DNA of 64,000 bases from contig JBLIRN010000013.1 in assembly GCA_049472315.1 (NCBI GenBank), positions 1 through 64,000 of the forward strand, given 5' to 3'. The notes beneath the pieces are model-generated. The model was not told the origin of the DNA. It searched no databases and saw only the letters and a list, made by a program, of their open reading frames with translations. A program made the translations under genes and the position numbers. Numbering within the stretch: the stretch's first letter is position 1; every line of letters begins with the position of its first letter. Shown piece by piece: positions 17,828 through 26,899 of this stretch. Source of the stretch: a bacterium (GTDB lineage: Bacteria > SZUA-182 > DTGQ01 > JAFGSM01).

Positions 17828-17991
17828 CCGGGGTTTTCCCGTTTCCTTGATTCGTTCATTTACCTTGTCAGACAACAACTTTCTTGTCTATAGTGCCGAT
17901 ATGGTCTATAATTTGCGAAGCTGCCCTGCAGCAGGTAATCGATGGGAGGAGAAGGTGTACGAAGGACACCGAGGATGAGAGGAGGGAACCA

Positions 17992-18375
17992 ATGATCGAT
18001 ACCCTTTCCAAGGATTTGTTGGAACTTATCATGAATACGCTCCCCTTCGAATTGACCATCATCGACGAACATAATAAGGTCCTCTACTTCAACCGCGAAG
18101 GGAAAAGGATTTTTCCCAGGCCTCAATCAGTCATAGGCAAGAAGGTGCAGGATTGCCATCCCCCGAAAACCCTCCATCTGGTCAATCAGGTTATCGATGA
18201 TCTACGCACTGCGCGTCGCGAGTCCGCCTCCTTTTGGATCGATCTGCATCGAAGGAAGATATACATTCGTTACTTCGCCCTGAGGAATCAGGAGGGTCGC
18301 TATATGGGATGCATTGAGGTGACCCAGGATATCACCGAGGTCCAGAAACTGGAAGGGGAACGCAGACTGCTCTGA
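17992..18375 (+). CDS. Stand-alone PAS domain protein (DUF438-associated PAS type)
   Basis: RIFPRPQSVIGKKVQDCHPP, FWI, YIRYFALR, EVTQDI. Confidence 0.85.
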   Translation: MIDTLSKDLLELIMNTLPFELTIIDEHNKVLYFNREGKRIFPRPQSVIGKKVQDCHPPKTLHLVNQVIDDLRTARRESASFWIDLHRRKIYIRYFALRNQEGRYMGCIEVTQDITEVQKLEGERRLL

Positions 18376-18533
18376 ATGGACGGCGCTCATCCCTCTGCGC
18401 GATCGAAGGCGGTCCTGGAATGTGCGCTCAGGAAGCCCGAGGGTAACCTCGCCGTCGTGGCGCTCACATCGATCGCTCTCCCAGCGAGGTTTGTTGTCTG
18501 TTCCTGGCACGGAAAGGAGGCACTTGCACGTCG

Positions 18534-18725
18534 TTGACGTACATCACCTGCCTAAAGAGGAAATCCCGGCCAAAGGTCCACGTAAAGGTCTGCGAGACCT
18601 GTACGAGGAGGAATCGCTGCCAGTCCTTTCAGCTCTTCAGGAATCCACCGCTCTTTCTCTCCGATGATCTGAGAGATCTGGCGGTCCTGGGTGGTTCCGC
18701 ACAGAACAGACGAAGGAGACAGTAG
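18534..18725 (+). CDS. Small Cys-containing hypothetical protein
   Basis: GAAAGGAGG upstream, TTG start, C-x13-CxxC-x5-C pattern. Confidence 0.5.
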   Translation: MTYITCLKRKSRPKVHVKVCETCTRRNRCQSFQLFRNPPLFLSDDLRDLAVLGGSAQNRRRRQ

Positions 18726-18742
18726 ACCCACCTCGGTATCGA

Positions 18743-19885
18743 TCATGCCCCGCTTGCCTCTCCGGCAAAGGAGATCCTCAGAAGAACCGGTGTAATCAGG
18801 GCAGTGGTAAGGCACAACAGCACGGTGAGGGAAAAGTCCGTCTTGGTGATGATCGAGTGGGCAAGCCCGACACTGGCGATGGCCAGTGCCACCTCCGCCC
18901 GAGGGATCATCCCGATGCCGATCCGCATACATTCCTTCAGCGAGCGCCTCCCTCCGATCCATGCCCCTGTCCCGCACCCGATGATTTTTGCCAGGATGGC
19001 CAGGGCTATGAAGAGCATCCCGAATGTGAGATACCCCTTGATGCTGCTCAATTGAGCCTCCAGCCCTATGGTGATGAAGAAGAGGGGGATGAAGATGGCT
19101 TGACCGATGGTGTTGATTTCATTGAGCACCTTTTGTTTCAGCGTGGTCAGGCCGATCAGGACTCCGGCCATGTATGTCCCGGTAATGGTGGCAAGCTGGC
19201 AGACTCGGGCAAGCCAGGCAAACAGGAGCATGATGCCGAAGGAAACGGCGGTTACGGATTTTTCCGCCCTGAGCCTCTCGCTGTAATGCATGATGGGTCC
19301 GATGAAGAGCCCCAGTATAAAGGATGCGGCAAAGAACAGCACCAGCCGTGAGAGGGATACCCAGGGGGACGGTCCCCCTTTCGCAAAGAGGGCAAGGATA
19401 AGGGTGAGGATGAGGACCCCGAACACGTCGTCGATTATGGCGGAGGCCAGGATGATGCGCCCCTCGGTCCCGTCCAGTCTCTTCATGTCCCAGAGGGTCA
19501 TCACCGTGACGCTCACACTGGTCGCCGTCAGTATCGTCCCTACCAGGAGGCCCTTGATCAGGCTGAATCCCCAGAGATGACACAGAAGCAATCCCGCGCA
19601 AAAGGGGAGGGCGACACCCAGGGATGCGGTGAGGAGGGTGATCTTCCCATCCCGTTTCATCTTGTGGATATCGGTCTCCAGTCCGGCCATGAACAGGAGT
19701 ATGTACACCCCGATCTCTCCAAGTATTTTGATGGTTTCGTTGGGATGGATCCATCCGGTCACCGAGGGACCGAGTATGAGCCCCATGATGAGGAGCCCTA
19801 ATACCGGGGGTTGTTTGAAGCGTGAAGAGAGGTCTGAACAGATCTTGGACAGGATGATGATGATCGCAAGTTCACAATAAAACAT
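18743..19885 (-). CDS. Cation:proton antiporter (CPA2, NapA/KefB-like)
   Basis: LLFMAGLETD, TATSVSVT, AIIDDV, GMIPRAEV. Confidence 0.92.
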   Translation of the reverse strand: MFYCELAIIIILSKICSDLSSRFKQPPVLGLLIMGLILGPSVTGWIHPNETIKILGEIGVYILLFMAGLETDIHKMKRDGKITLLTASLGVALPFCAGLLLCHLWGFSLIKGLLVGTILTATSVSVTVMTLWDMKRLDGTEGRIILASAIIDDVFGVLILTLILALFAKGGPSPWVSLSRLVLFFAASFILGLFIGPIMHYSERLRAEKSVTAVSFGIMLLFAWLARVCQLATITGTYMAGVLIGLTTLKQKVLNEINTIGQAIFIPLFFITIGLEAQLSSIKGYLTFGMLFIALAILAKIIGCGTGAWIGGRRSLKECMRIGIGMIPRAEVALAIASVGLAHSIITKTDFSLTVLLCLTTALITPVLLRISFAGEASGA

Positions 19886-19891
19886 GAAACC

Positions 19892-19926
19892 AAAAAAACG
19901 CGGTCGGATTAAGGGTCCAACCGCGT
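19892..19926 (-). terminator. Intrinsic terminator after tRNA operon
   Basis: Minus strand ACGCGGTTGGA...TCCGACCGCGT followed by a T run. Confidence 0.8.
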
Positions 19927-19933
19927 GAAAGAA

Positions 19934-20010
19934 TGGCGGGGTTGACGAGACTTGAACTCGCGACCTCTGGCTTGACAGGCCAGCGTTCTAACCATCTGAA
20001 CTACAACCCC
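19934..20010 (-). tRNA. tRNA-Asp(GTC)
   Basis: Cloverleaf, anticodon loop CTGTCAA, GTTCAAG T-loop, CCA end. Confidence 0.95.
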
Positions 20011-20031
20011 TTGATATTCATTTCCAGGCGA

Positions 20032-20106
20032 TGGTAGGCGGAACAGGGATTGAACCTGTGACCCTCGGCTTGTAAGGCCGATGCTCTCCCGCTGAGCTAT
20101 CCGCCC
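20032..20106 (-). tRNA. tRNA-Val(TAC)
   Basis: Cloverleaf, anticodon loop CTTACAA, GTTCAAT T-loop, CCA end. Confidence 0.95.
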
Positions 20107-20140
20107 CTGAACAAGAGAATGTGATTGTAAAATCTAAAAA

Positions 20141-20169
20141 TTTATACCATAAGGAATGCGGTATGTCAA
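20141..20169 (-). promoter_or_regulatory. sigma70 promoter of tRNA operon, TTGACA-N17-TATAAA
   Basis: Consensus -35 and 17-nt spacer. Confidence 0.7.
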
Positions 20170-20213
20170 ACCAGACAAGGATCGATGCGGATAGGGTACC
20201 GCGCCAGTGCACG

Positions 20214-20504
20214 CTACCACATGTCCGAATATTTTACGGCAAAGGTCTGGAATTCACCAGTACTGTCTTCCCATTCGAGGGACACATCGTCGACCCGAGC
20301 CCCCGGCGGGCCTTCGTGGCACCATTGAATAAAGGTGGCAAGGTTTTCATCCTCGCCCTCGGCAACGATCTCCACCCTTCCGTCCCTCCTGTTTTTCACC
20401 CACCCGGTCAGTCCCAGGTGCAATGCCTGATGCCGGCTCGTGGAACGGAAAAAGACCCCCTGTACGATCCCCGAGACGATCAGGTGGACCCTTCTCACCC
20501 CCAT
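20214..20504 (-). CDS. acyP: Acylphosphatase
   Basis: VSGIVQGVFFR, GWVKN. Confidence 0.93.
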   Translation of the reverse strand: MGVRRVHLIVSGIVQGVFFRSTSRHQALHLGLTGWVKNRRDGRVEIVAEGEDENLATFIQWCHEGPPGARVDDVSLEWEDSTGEFQTFAVKYSDMW

Positions 20505-20640
20505 GGCACGTCCCTCATATAAAGGTTTGAGTTTTTGATCACGTGACGGGTATAATGCTGTGGCTCATGGTTGGCCAAGGCCTCCATCCTTATAAGCAAT
20601 ATAACCAGTATAGTATAACGCAACCTTTATTATCAAGAAT

Positions 20641-21513
20641 ATGTTGGTGGGTCCCGTGTGGTTTATTCTGTCCCTGCTATGCGCCGTTTCGCTTTCCTTT
20701 GCTGATCTTTTTTCCAAGATCGCCCTGCGGCATGCGGACATCTTTCTCGTATCATGGGTGAAGATGGCCTTTGCCTTTTTGATACTGCTTGCATCGCTTC
20801 CCTTCATTCGCATCCCTTCGATAAGCGGCCACTTCGTAAGGACCTGCCTCATCCTGTTTCCACTCGAGGTCCTGGTGCAGCTTCTCTATATGAAGGCGAT
20901 CCAGGTCTCACCCCTTTCCCTGACCATTCCCTTCCTGGCACTCAGCCCCATCTTCCTGATTGCGACCTCGTTCCTCATGCTCGGTGAACGGATCGACCGC
21001 TCAGGACTGGCGGGCATCCTCCTGATTGCAGTCGGGTCTTACATGCTCAATATCGACAAGGCAGCCTATGGATTCCTCAGCCCGCTGAAGGCCATCGCGA
21101 AGGAAAAGGGCTCATGGCTCATGGTCATCGTTGCGGCGATATTCAGTATCACGTCAAACCTGGGAAAGATCGCGATACAGGAAACCAACCCATTTTTCTT
21201 CGCCATCTTTTTCAGCGGTGTGATGGGCGTTCTCCTGTTCCCGTTTTCCCTGTTTGCATCCGATCAGCCCGTGCGCAGGATCAAGGAGCACCTGCCCATT
21301 TTCGTCGGGATCGGCATTGCCATGTCATTGACGGTCCTCTTTCATATGATGGCTATTGTCCGGGTGGAGGTGCCCTATATGATTTCAATCAAGCGGACCA
21401 GTCCGATCTTCAGCGTGCTTATGGGGTGTATCTTCCTGCATGAGTTGCATTGCAGGGAAAGGACTTTGGGGAGCATAATCATGTTTGCAGGGGTGGTTCT
21501 CATTCTCCTGTGA
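20641..21513 (+). CDS. DMT/EamA family transporter
   Basis: About 10 TM helices in two EamA-like halves. Confidence 0.85.
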   Translation: MLVGPVWFILSLLCAVSLSFADLFSKIALRHADIFLVSWVKMAFAFLILLASLPFIRIPSISGHFVRTCLILFPLEVLVQLLYMKAIQVSPLSLTIPFLALSPIFLIATSFLMLGERIDRSGLAGILLIAVGSYMLNIDKAAYGFLSPLKAIAKEKGSWLMVIVAAIFSITSNLGKIAIQETNPFFFAIFFSGVMGVLLFPFSLFASDQPVRRIKEHLPIFVGIGIAMSLTVLFHMMAIVRVEVPYMISIKRTSPIFSVLMGCIFLHELHCRERTLGSIIMFAGVVLILL

Positions 21514-21670
21514 ATGAAGGATAGACCTCAGGCATGCACCACGTTCCCGCGGAGCAGCTTTGCTGCTATGTCATCCGGTTGTAATTCCGGCTTTGGCATT
21601 GCCCCATAGTGGGCAGGCAAACATGCCTGCCCATACGCCTGGGCTGATGGTTCAACATTGGAATGGCTCA

Positions 21671-22144
21671 TCAAGCGGGTTTGCTCGATTCCTTTCCCTG
21701 CACGAGGGCCTTCAACTCCTCCATGAACTGTCCGATATCCTTGAACTGACGGTAGACGGACGCAAACCGGACATAGGCCACCTCGTCCAGCTCATGGAGC
21801 CTCTTCATGACAAATTCGCCGAGTCTCTGGCTGCTTATTTCCCTGCCCGGTGCGCTGAAGGCCTGCTCTTCTATCTGGTCGACCAGGGTTTCCAGAGAAA
21901 GGAGCGAAACAGGGCGTTTATTGCACGCCTTCACCAGCCCATTGAGCAGTTTCTTCCGGTCGAAGGGTTCACGGGAGCCATCCTTTTTGATCACCATGAT
22001 GGAAAGGTCTTCGATACGCTCATAGGTGGTGAATCGTTTCTGACAGGAGAGGCATTCCCTGCGGCGGCGGATGGAAAGCCCGCCTTCACTTTCGCGAGAA
22101 TCGAGAACCTTGTTCTCCGTGTAATGACAGAAAGGACATCTCAT
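21671..22144 (-). CDS. nrdR: Transcriptional repressor NrdR
   Basis: MRCPFC...DSR...IRRRREC..C, ATP cone, AYVRFASVY. Confidence 0.97.
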   Translation of the reverse strand: MRCPFCHYTENKVLDSRESEGGLSIRRRRECLSCQKRFTTYERIEDLSIMVIKKDGSREPFDRKKLLNGLVKACNKRPVSLLSLETLVDQIEEQAFSAPGREISSQRLGEFVMKRLHELDEVAYVRFASVYRQFKDIGQFMEELKALVQGKESSKPA

Positions 22145-22276
22145 GGCTCAAGCCCTCAAAGCTGACAGATTGACGTCTCGTGGACAGTTACTGCGCATAA
22201 GCGATTATAGATGCGCGGATGCTCGCTGTCAAACAGCAATCCCGCCGGCGTGCTTATCGTGATGCCGGGATCGGCC

Positions 22277-22585
22277 TCAGTGCATGTGATCATGGGGCAC
22301 AGGTTTGATCCTGGGTATCTGTATCTCTCCGAAGGTCTGCTCGTAGCGGGCGATGTTCTCGCCGAGCACCATTGCCATCACCTTTGCGTCGATGGGGTTG
22401 GTGATGATCCGTGAAACGATCTTGAGCTTGTTACCCGGCGGAACGATAAGTCCGAAATCGATGATGAATTCCTTTTGAGAATGACCGATGATGACCTGAT
22501 TTGCGTAGGTGCCCTGTTCCATTTCATTGGAGATGTCGATCGAGATGGTTTTTTTCGGCATTTGTTTCTTGTCGTCCTTGTCCAT
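22277..22585 (-). CDS. DUF3467 family protein
   Basis: GTYAN...EFIIDF...RII..P..AK...YE..FGEI; AAAGGAGGTGA RBS. Confidence 0.85.
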   Translation of the reverse strand: MDKDDKKQMPKKTISIDISNEMEQGTYANQVIIGHSQKEFIIDFGLIVPPGNKLKIVSRIITNPIDAKVMAMVLGENIARYEQTFGEIQIPRIKPVPHDHMH

Positions 22586-22621
22586 GCGTTCACCTCCTTT
22601 GGTATGCATGTCGTGACTGTA

Positions 22622-24250
22622 TCATGGGGAAAAGGTATCCTCCCTGTTCATGGTGATGATATGACGCACCAAAAAGTCCAGTTCCTTTGAACCGGTGAAA
22701 TAACTCAGGGCAAAGTAGGCGATGATGCCTATTCCTATCCCGGAGAAAAGGTACACTGCCTTGGCGAAAAGGTTTCCCGCCTCGGCGTAGAGATCGAATG
22801 TCCGATGCATGGCGATATACGATATACATCCCATTGCAAGACTGTTGCCGAGTATCTTGAGGCCGCCTGCCACCATATCCCCCTTTCCGATGATTCCCCA
22901 CCTGCGCTTCATGATGCGCACAAGAAGGACCAGATTTACGAGGGCGGACAGGGAGGTGGCCAGTGCCAGCCCCGCATGTTTGAACGGGACCATGAGGATG
23001 ACGCTGAGACCGATGTTTAAGAGTATGGCGATGATCCCGATGCGTACAGGGGTGGCGGTATCCTGCCGGGCATAAAATACGGGGATGGCGATCTTGAGGC
23101 CGGAAAAGGCGCACAGACCTATGGCGAAGGCATAAAGGGCCTGTGCGGTGGCAATGGTGGCGGTGTGGGTGAACTCCCCCCGCTGGAAGAGCAGGCTGAT
23201 GATGGGTATCCTGAACACAATGAGTCCGATGCTTGCAGGCAGGGTGATGAACAACACCGTACGTATCCCGAATGAGAAGGTGGCCATCATCTCATCCGCC
23301 TTCCCCTGGGAGGCAAGGGATGAAAGGGTCGGAAGGAGCGCCGTGCCCAGCGATATGCCGAAGAGCGCAAGGGGCAGTTGAAGAAGCCTGTTGCTGTAAT
23401 AGAGGTACGATATGCTTCCCTCGGGGAGGAACGACGCAAGGAGCGTATCGACCATGATATTGATCTGGGTAATCCCCAGCCCGAGGGCAGCGGGGAGCAT
23501 GAGCACACCTATCCTCCGTGTTCCCGGATTGCTGATGCTGGCATTGAACATGAGCCGGGCACCCTTTTTGAGCAAAACCGGCGCCTCCATCAGCACCTGC
23601 AGCAGTCCGCCGATGAGCACACCCACGGCAACGCCGGTGATCGGTTGTTTGAAGTGCGGAGAGAGCCACAGGGCGCCGAAGATGATGCCGATGTTGAGCG
23701 CGGCGGGCACGAGGGCGGGGATGGCAAAGTGCCTGAGGGAGTTGAGAATGCCCATGGCTATTGCCACCACGCTGATCAGGATGATGTAGGGAAAGAGGAC
23801 CCTGCTGAGCAGAACGGTTAGATTGAACTTGGCCCTGTCGGCGAAGAATCCCGGAGCCAGGATGAGGACAATGCCGGGCGCAAAGAGGATTGCCGCACAG
23901 GTCAGAAGTATGGCGGCGATGACTGTGAGGCTCAGGACATTGCCCGCAAGCTCCCAGATCTCCTCACTGCCCTTTGTCTCCAGGTATTCGGTAAACACGG
24001 GGATAAAGGAGGCGCTTATCGAACCTTCGCCGAGGAGCCGCCTGAGGAGATTGGGGATCTTGAATGCCACGAAGAAGGCATCAGTGGCCATTTCAGCACC
24101 GAAGAGATGGGCAAGGATCATGTCCCTGATGTACCCCAGGATGCGGCTCACCATGGTGGCGGCCCCGATCACCCCTGCCGATTTCAGGAGACCTTTCTGC
24201 CGCTCATCAGTAGTGCACTTTTGTGAGATATGAAAAGAAGCACTTGACAT
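22622..24250 (-). CDS. murJ: Lipid II flippase MurJ (MviN)
   Basis: SRILGYIRD, AFKIPNLLRRLLGEG, RLLQLP; exact start uncertain. Confidence 0.96.
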   Translation of the reverse strand: MSSASFHISQKCTTDERQKGLLKSAGVIGAATMVSRILGYIRDMILAHLFGAEMATDAFFVAFKIPNLLRRLLGEGSISASFIPVFTEYLETKGSEEIWELAGNVLSLTVIAAILLTCAAILFAPGIVLILAPGFFADRAKFNLTVLLSRVLFPYIILISVVAIAMGILNSLRHFAIPALVPAALNIGIIFGALWLSPHFKQPITGVAVGVLIGGLLQVLMEAPVLLKKGARLMFNASISNPGTRRIGVLMLPAALGLGITQINIMVDTLLASFLPEGSISYLYYSNRLLQLPLALFGISLGTALLPTLSSLASQGKADEMMATFSFGIRTVLFITLPASIGLIVFRIPIISLLFQRGEFTHTATIATAQALYAFAIGLCAFSGLKIAIPVFYARQDTATPVRIGIIAILLNIGLSVILMVPFKHAGLALATSLSALVNLVLLVRIMKRRWGIIGKGDMVAGGLKILGNSLAMGCISYIAMHRTFDLYAEAGNLFAKAVYLFSGIGIGIIAYFALSYFTGSKELDFLVRHIITMNREDTFSP

Positions 24251-24330
24251 AAGAGGAAATTTTCTGTTAAATGTATGGACAATGATACCATAGTCGGGAT
24301 TTTAATTACTATCATGTACAGGAGTTGTTC

Positions 24331-24594
24331 ATGGCACAACAAAAATCAGCGAAAAAGGCTATACGGCAGACGAAGCGCAAAACAATAGTCAATCGGAAGA
24401 AAAAGGGCATCTTGAAATCACACATCAAGAAGGTGCTTCTTTCCGTTGCGGAAAAGGATGCCGAGAAGGCAGCGTATGCCCTTAACGAGGCAGTATCGGT
24501 CATAGACAAGATGGCTGCAACAGGACTCATCCATAAGAACAATGCAGCACGCAAAAAATCCCGTTTGGCAAAACGGATTTCCTTGTTAGCATAA
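24331..24594 (+). CDS. rpsT: 30S ribosomal protein S20
   Basis: KSAKKAIRQ...IHKNNAARKKSRL; divergent from murJ as is usual. Confidence 0.96.
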   Translation: MAQQKSAKKAIRQTKRKTIVNRKKKGILKSHIKKVLLSVAEKDAEKAAYALNEAVSVIDKMAATGLIHKNNAARKKSRLAKRISLLA

Positions 24595-25457
24595 CATACA
24601 TGCATTCTTTTCGGCTTTGCTTGCATGGCCGCTTTCCTTATCATCACACCATATGTCTCCATGGTAATGCAGAAGGACCATGGAATAGAAATGCGGAAGT
24701 ATAAAAGTATAACAGGCAGCGGCGAAATGTCAAAGACATCCTTTGTCATCGTGTAAACTGCCTTATATTCAAATATATCTGTTCAATTGTTGCAATCATC
24801 AAAAGATGATATCTCCACCACACAATAATTGAGAGGAATTAAACGTCAGCTTCTCCTCACAACACCCGACGAAATGTGTTGACAGAATTTTCCGTGTTAT
24901 CTCTATCCATGTGAGGGCATCCATGTATCAATAGCAGTCAGGGGTCCGGAAAAATATGCCTTTTCAAGCCAGATGGTTTTTCCCCTGCATGCGGTTGATA
25001 AAATTAGGGGCAATGTTATTTCAGAAATCCCGGTTCAAAAATTCAATGTATGGCCGTTGACATTTTTTTATTAAAAATAGTGATGCATATTAAAAATTAC
25101 TTGAACCGTAAAGAACAGCGACAATTGACCGTCTTATGAAGTTGAATATATCTATTTGTATAAATTACTTTGGCTATCATTATGTCATCGATTATACAGA
25201 CCCCGACGTTTTTTAATGGATTTTTGGGTAACTCAAAAAAATCGGGTATGATTAAAAAATCCAGGAGAAAAACGTTGGTTAAAAGGGGGTGATCACGGAA
25301 TTATATTAAACGGCAGGGGATTGACTCAACCGGTTTGTATGATACGCCTCATTATGATTATTCAGTTGCATGGGGAGTATGGTGATTCATTTCCCCTTTT
25401 TTTATTATCTTAACATGCTACGTCAAGCGAAAAGATGCAGCGAAGGAGGTACTTTTT

Positions 25458-26036
25458 ATGGACACCAGGTTAACGAGATTGTTAGGGGTGTGCGTGGTTA
25501 TTTGTTTGATCGTTGGTCTGGCCCTCGTATCGGCTCCCAGGGTAGAGGCCTATTACGGCGGGTACGGCGGCTACAGCAGCCTTTTGGGCGGCTATGGCGG
25601 GTACGGCGGCCTTTTGGGCGGCTATGGCGGGTACGGCGGCCTTCTGGGCGGTCTGTATGGCGGCTACGGCGGCCTTCTGGGCGGCTATGGCGGGTACGGC
25701 GGCCTTCTGGGCGGTCTGTATGGCGGCTACGGCGGCCTTCTGGGCGGCTATGGCGGCCTTATGGGCGGCTACGGCGGTCTGTATGGCGGCAGCAGCCTTT
25801 ACAGCCCCTTCGGCTATCAGAACCTTTACTATCCGGTTGAGACCACGGGCGGTCTGACCTATCAGGTTCCCTTCTTGCAGATTGCCCCGTTGCTGGGTGT
25901 GGCTGGCCTTTACAATCAGCTTTTCCCGGGTCTGTTTAATCCGCAGCCCCAGCTTCCGCCGATTGTTAACGTGAGCACCCCGTCGACATTAGGTGTAACA
26001 TTCCCAACCCCCATTGGGACATTTCCAATCAGCTGA
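25458..26036 (+). CDS. Secreted Gly/Tyr/Leu-repeat low-complexity protein
   Basis: AAGGAGG RBS, signal peptide ending VEA, (GGYGGYGGLL)n, Pro/Thr tail, terminator. Confidence 0.82.
   Translation: MDTRLTRLLGVCVVICLIVGLALVSAPRVEAYYGGYGGYSSLLGGYGGYGGLLGGYGGYGGLLGGLYGGYGGLLGGYGGYGGLLGGLYGGYGGLLGGYGGLMGGYGGLYGGSSLYSPFGYQNLYYPVETTGGLTYQVPFLQIAPLLGVAGLYNQLFPGLFNPQPQLPPIVNVSTPSTLGVTFPTPIGTFPIS
25552..25790 (+). repeat. Coding tandem repeat GGYGGYGGLL/GGLYGGYGGLL
   Basis: 30/33-bp units, with a higher-order ~63-bp duplication. Confidence 0.85.
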
Positions 26037-26057
26037 TGATACGGTAGATAGAAAACC

Positions 26058-26092
26058 AGGGCGCAGGTATTCCAATCCTGCGCCCTTTTTTT
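26058..26092 (+). terminator. Intrinsic terminator
   Basis: AGGGCGCAGG-N9-CCTGCGCCCT plus T run. Confidence 0.85.
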
Positions 26093-26095
26093 ATG

Positions 26096-26180
26096 GTGCG
26101 CCCGGCAGGGCGCAACTGTTAAACTGATCCTGCGTAATGTCACGGGCATCTATTGTCTTTTTTTGATGTGCCCGGCAGGG
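26096..26180 (+). mobile_element. Two group IIC intron 5'-end-like fragments
   Basis: GTGCGCCCGGCAGGGCGCAA right after the terminator; ATGTGCCCGGCAGGG after a second T run. Confidence 0.5.
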
Positions 26181-26290
26181 AGAACAATCCCGATCCTGTG
26201 CACACATACTGTGCGTCATTCGTAATCAGCGTATACCGTACCTTCGGCACGGTAATGAATCGCACATGATTCGATTGCCTTCCGCCCGTA

Positions 26291-26319
26291 TTGACATTGC
26301 CGAGGCCAGCACGTAATCT
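26291..26319 (+). promoter_or_regulatory. sigma70 promoter TTGACA-N17-TAATCT
   Basis: Consensus -35 and spacing, upstream of Mut7-C/nnr. Confidence 0.5.
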
Positions 26320-26419
26320 ACTACTATAATCCCCGGAAATGGTATAATTGCGCGGCGATATGGGGAGGCATCAATACGCGCCGTGTCCATTGGTCATGAC
26401 AGCTCCGGAGAGGCCCGTT

Positions 26420-26899
26420 ATGGAGAAAAGGTTCCTGGCGGATGTCATGCTCGGCCGTTTGGCACGCTGGCTCAGGATACTCGGATATGACACCCTGTAT
26501 ACGCGGAAGCGTATCGACAGCCTGCTCGAGGTGCGTGCATATGACGAGGGACGTATCATCCTCACCCGCGACTCCCGTCTTTATAGAAAGCTGGGGCCGG
26601 AGCGAAGCTTTTTCATCCACGCCGATGATTTCAGGGACCAGATGGAGGAATTGATTCGTTCCCTGGACATGCACCACGATCCCGACCGTTTTCTGTCCCG
26701 GTGCCTCGACTGCAACCATCCCCTGGTTCCCATTGCGAAGGAGGATGTCCGGATGGTGGTCCCGCCCTTTGTATTTCAGACAGTGGAGGCGTTTCGAACA
26801 TGCCCCCAATGCAAGAAGGTATTCTGGCCCGGTACCCACATCGGGGAGATGGAACGGCTCATAACAACCCTTTTTGAACGGAAAGGAACAGAGGAATGA
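26420..26899 (+). CDS. Mut7-C RNase (PIN plus zinc ribbon, DUF82) protein
   Basis: FLADVMLGRLARWLRILGYD, LTRD, RCLDCN, CPQCKKVFWPGTH. Confidence 0.92.
   Translation: MEKRFLADVMLGRLARWLRILGYDTLYTRKRIDSLLEVRAYDEGRIILTRDSRLYRKLGPERSFFIHADDFRDQMEELIRSLDMHHDPDRFLSRCLDCNHPLVPIAKEDVRMVVPPFVFQTVEAFRTCPQCKKVFWPGTHIGEMERLITTLFERKGTEE

Noticed and set aside
21560..22165. 201-aa plus-strand ORF
   Set aside because: Antisense to nrdR
24312..24749. 145-aa minus-strand ORF
   Set aside because: Antisense to rpsT
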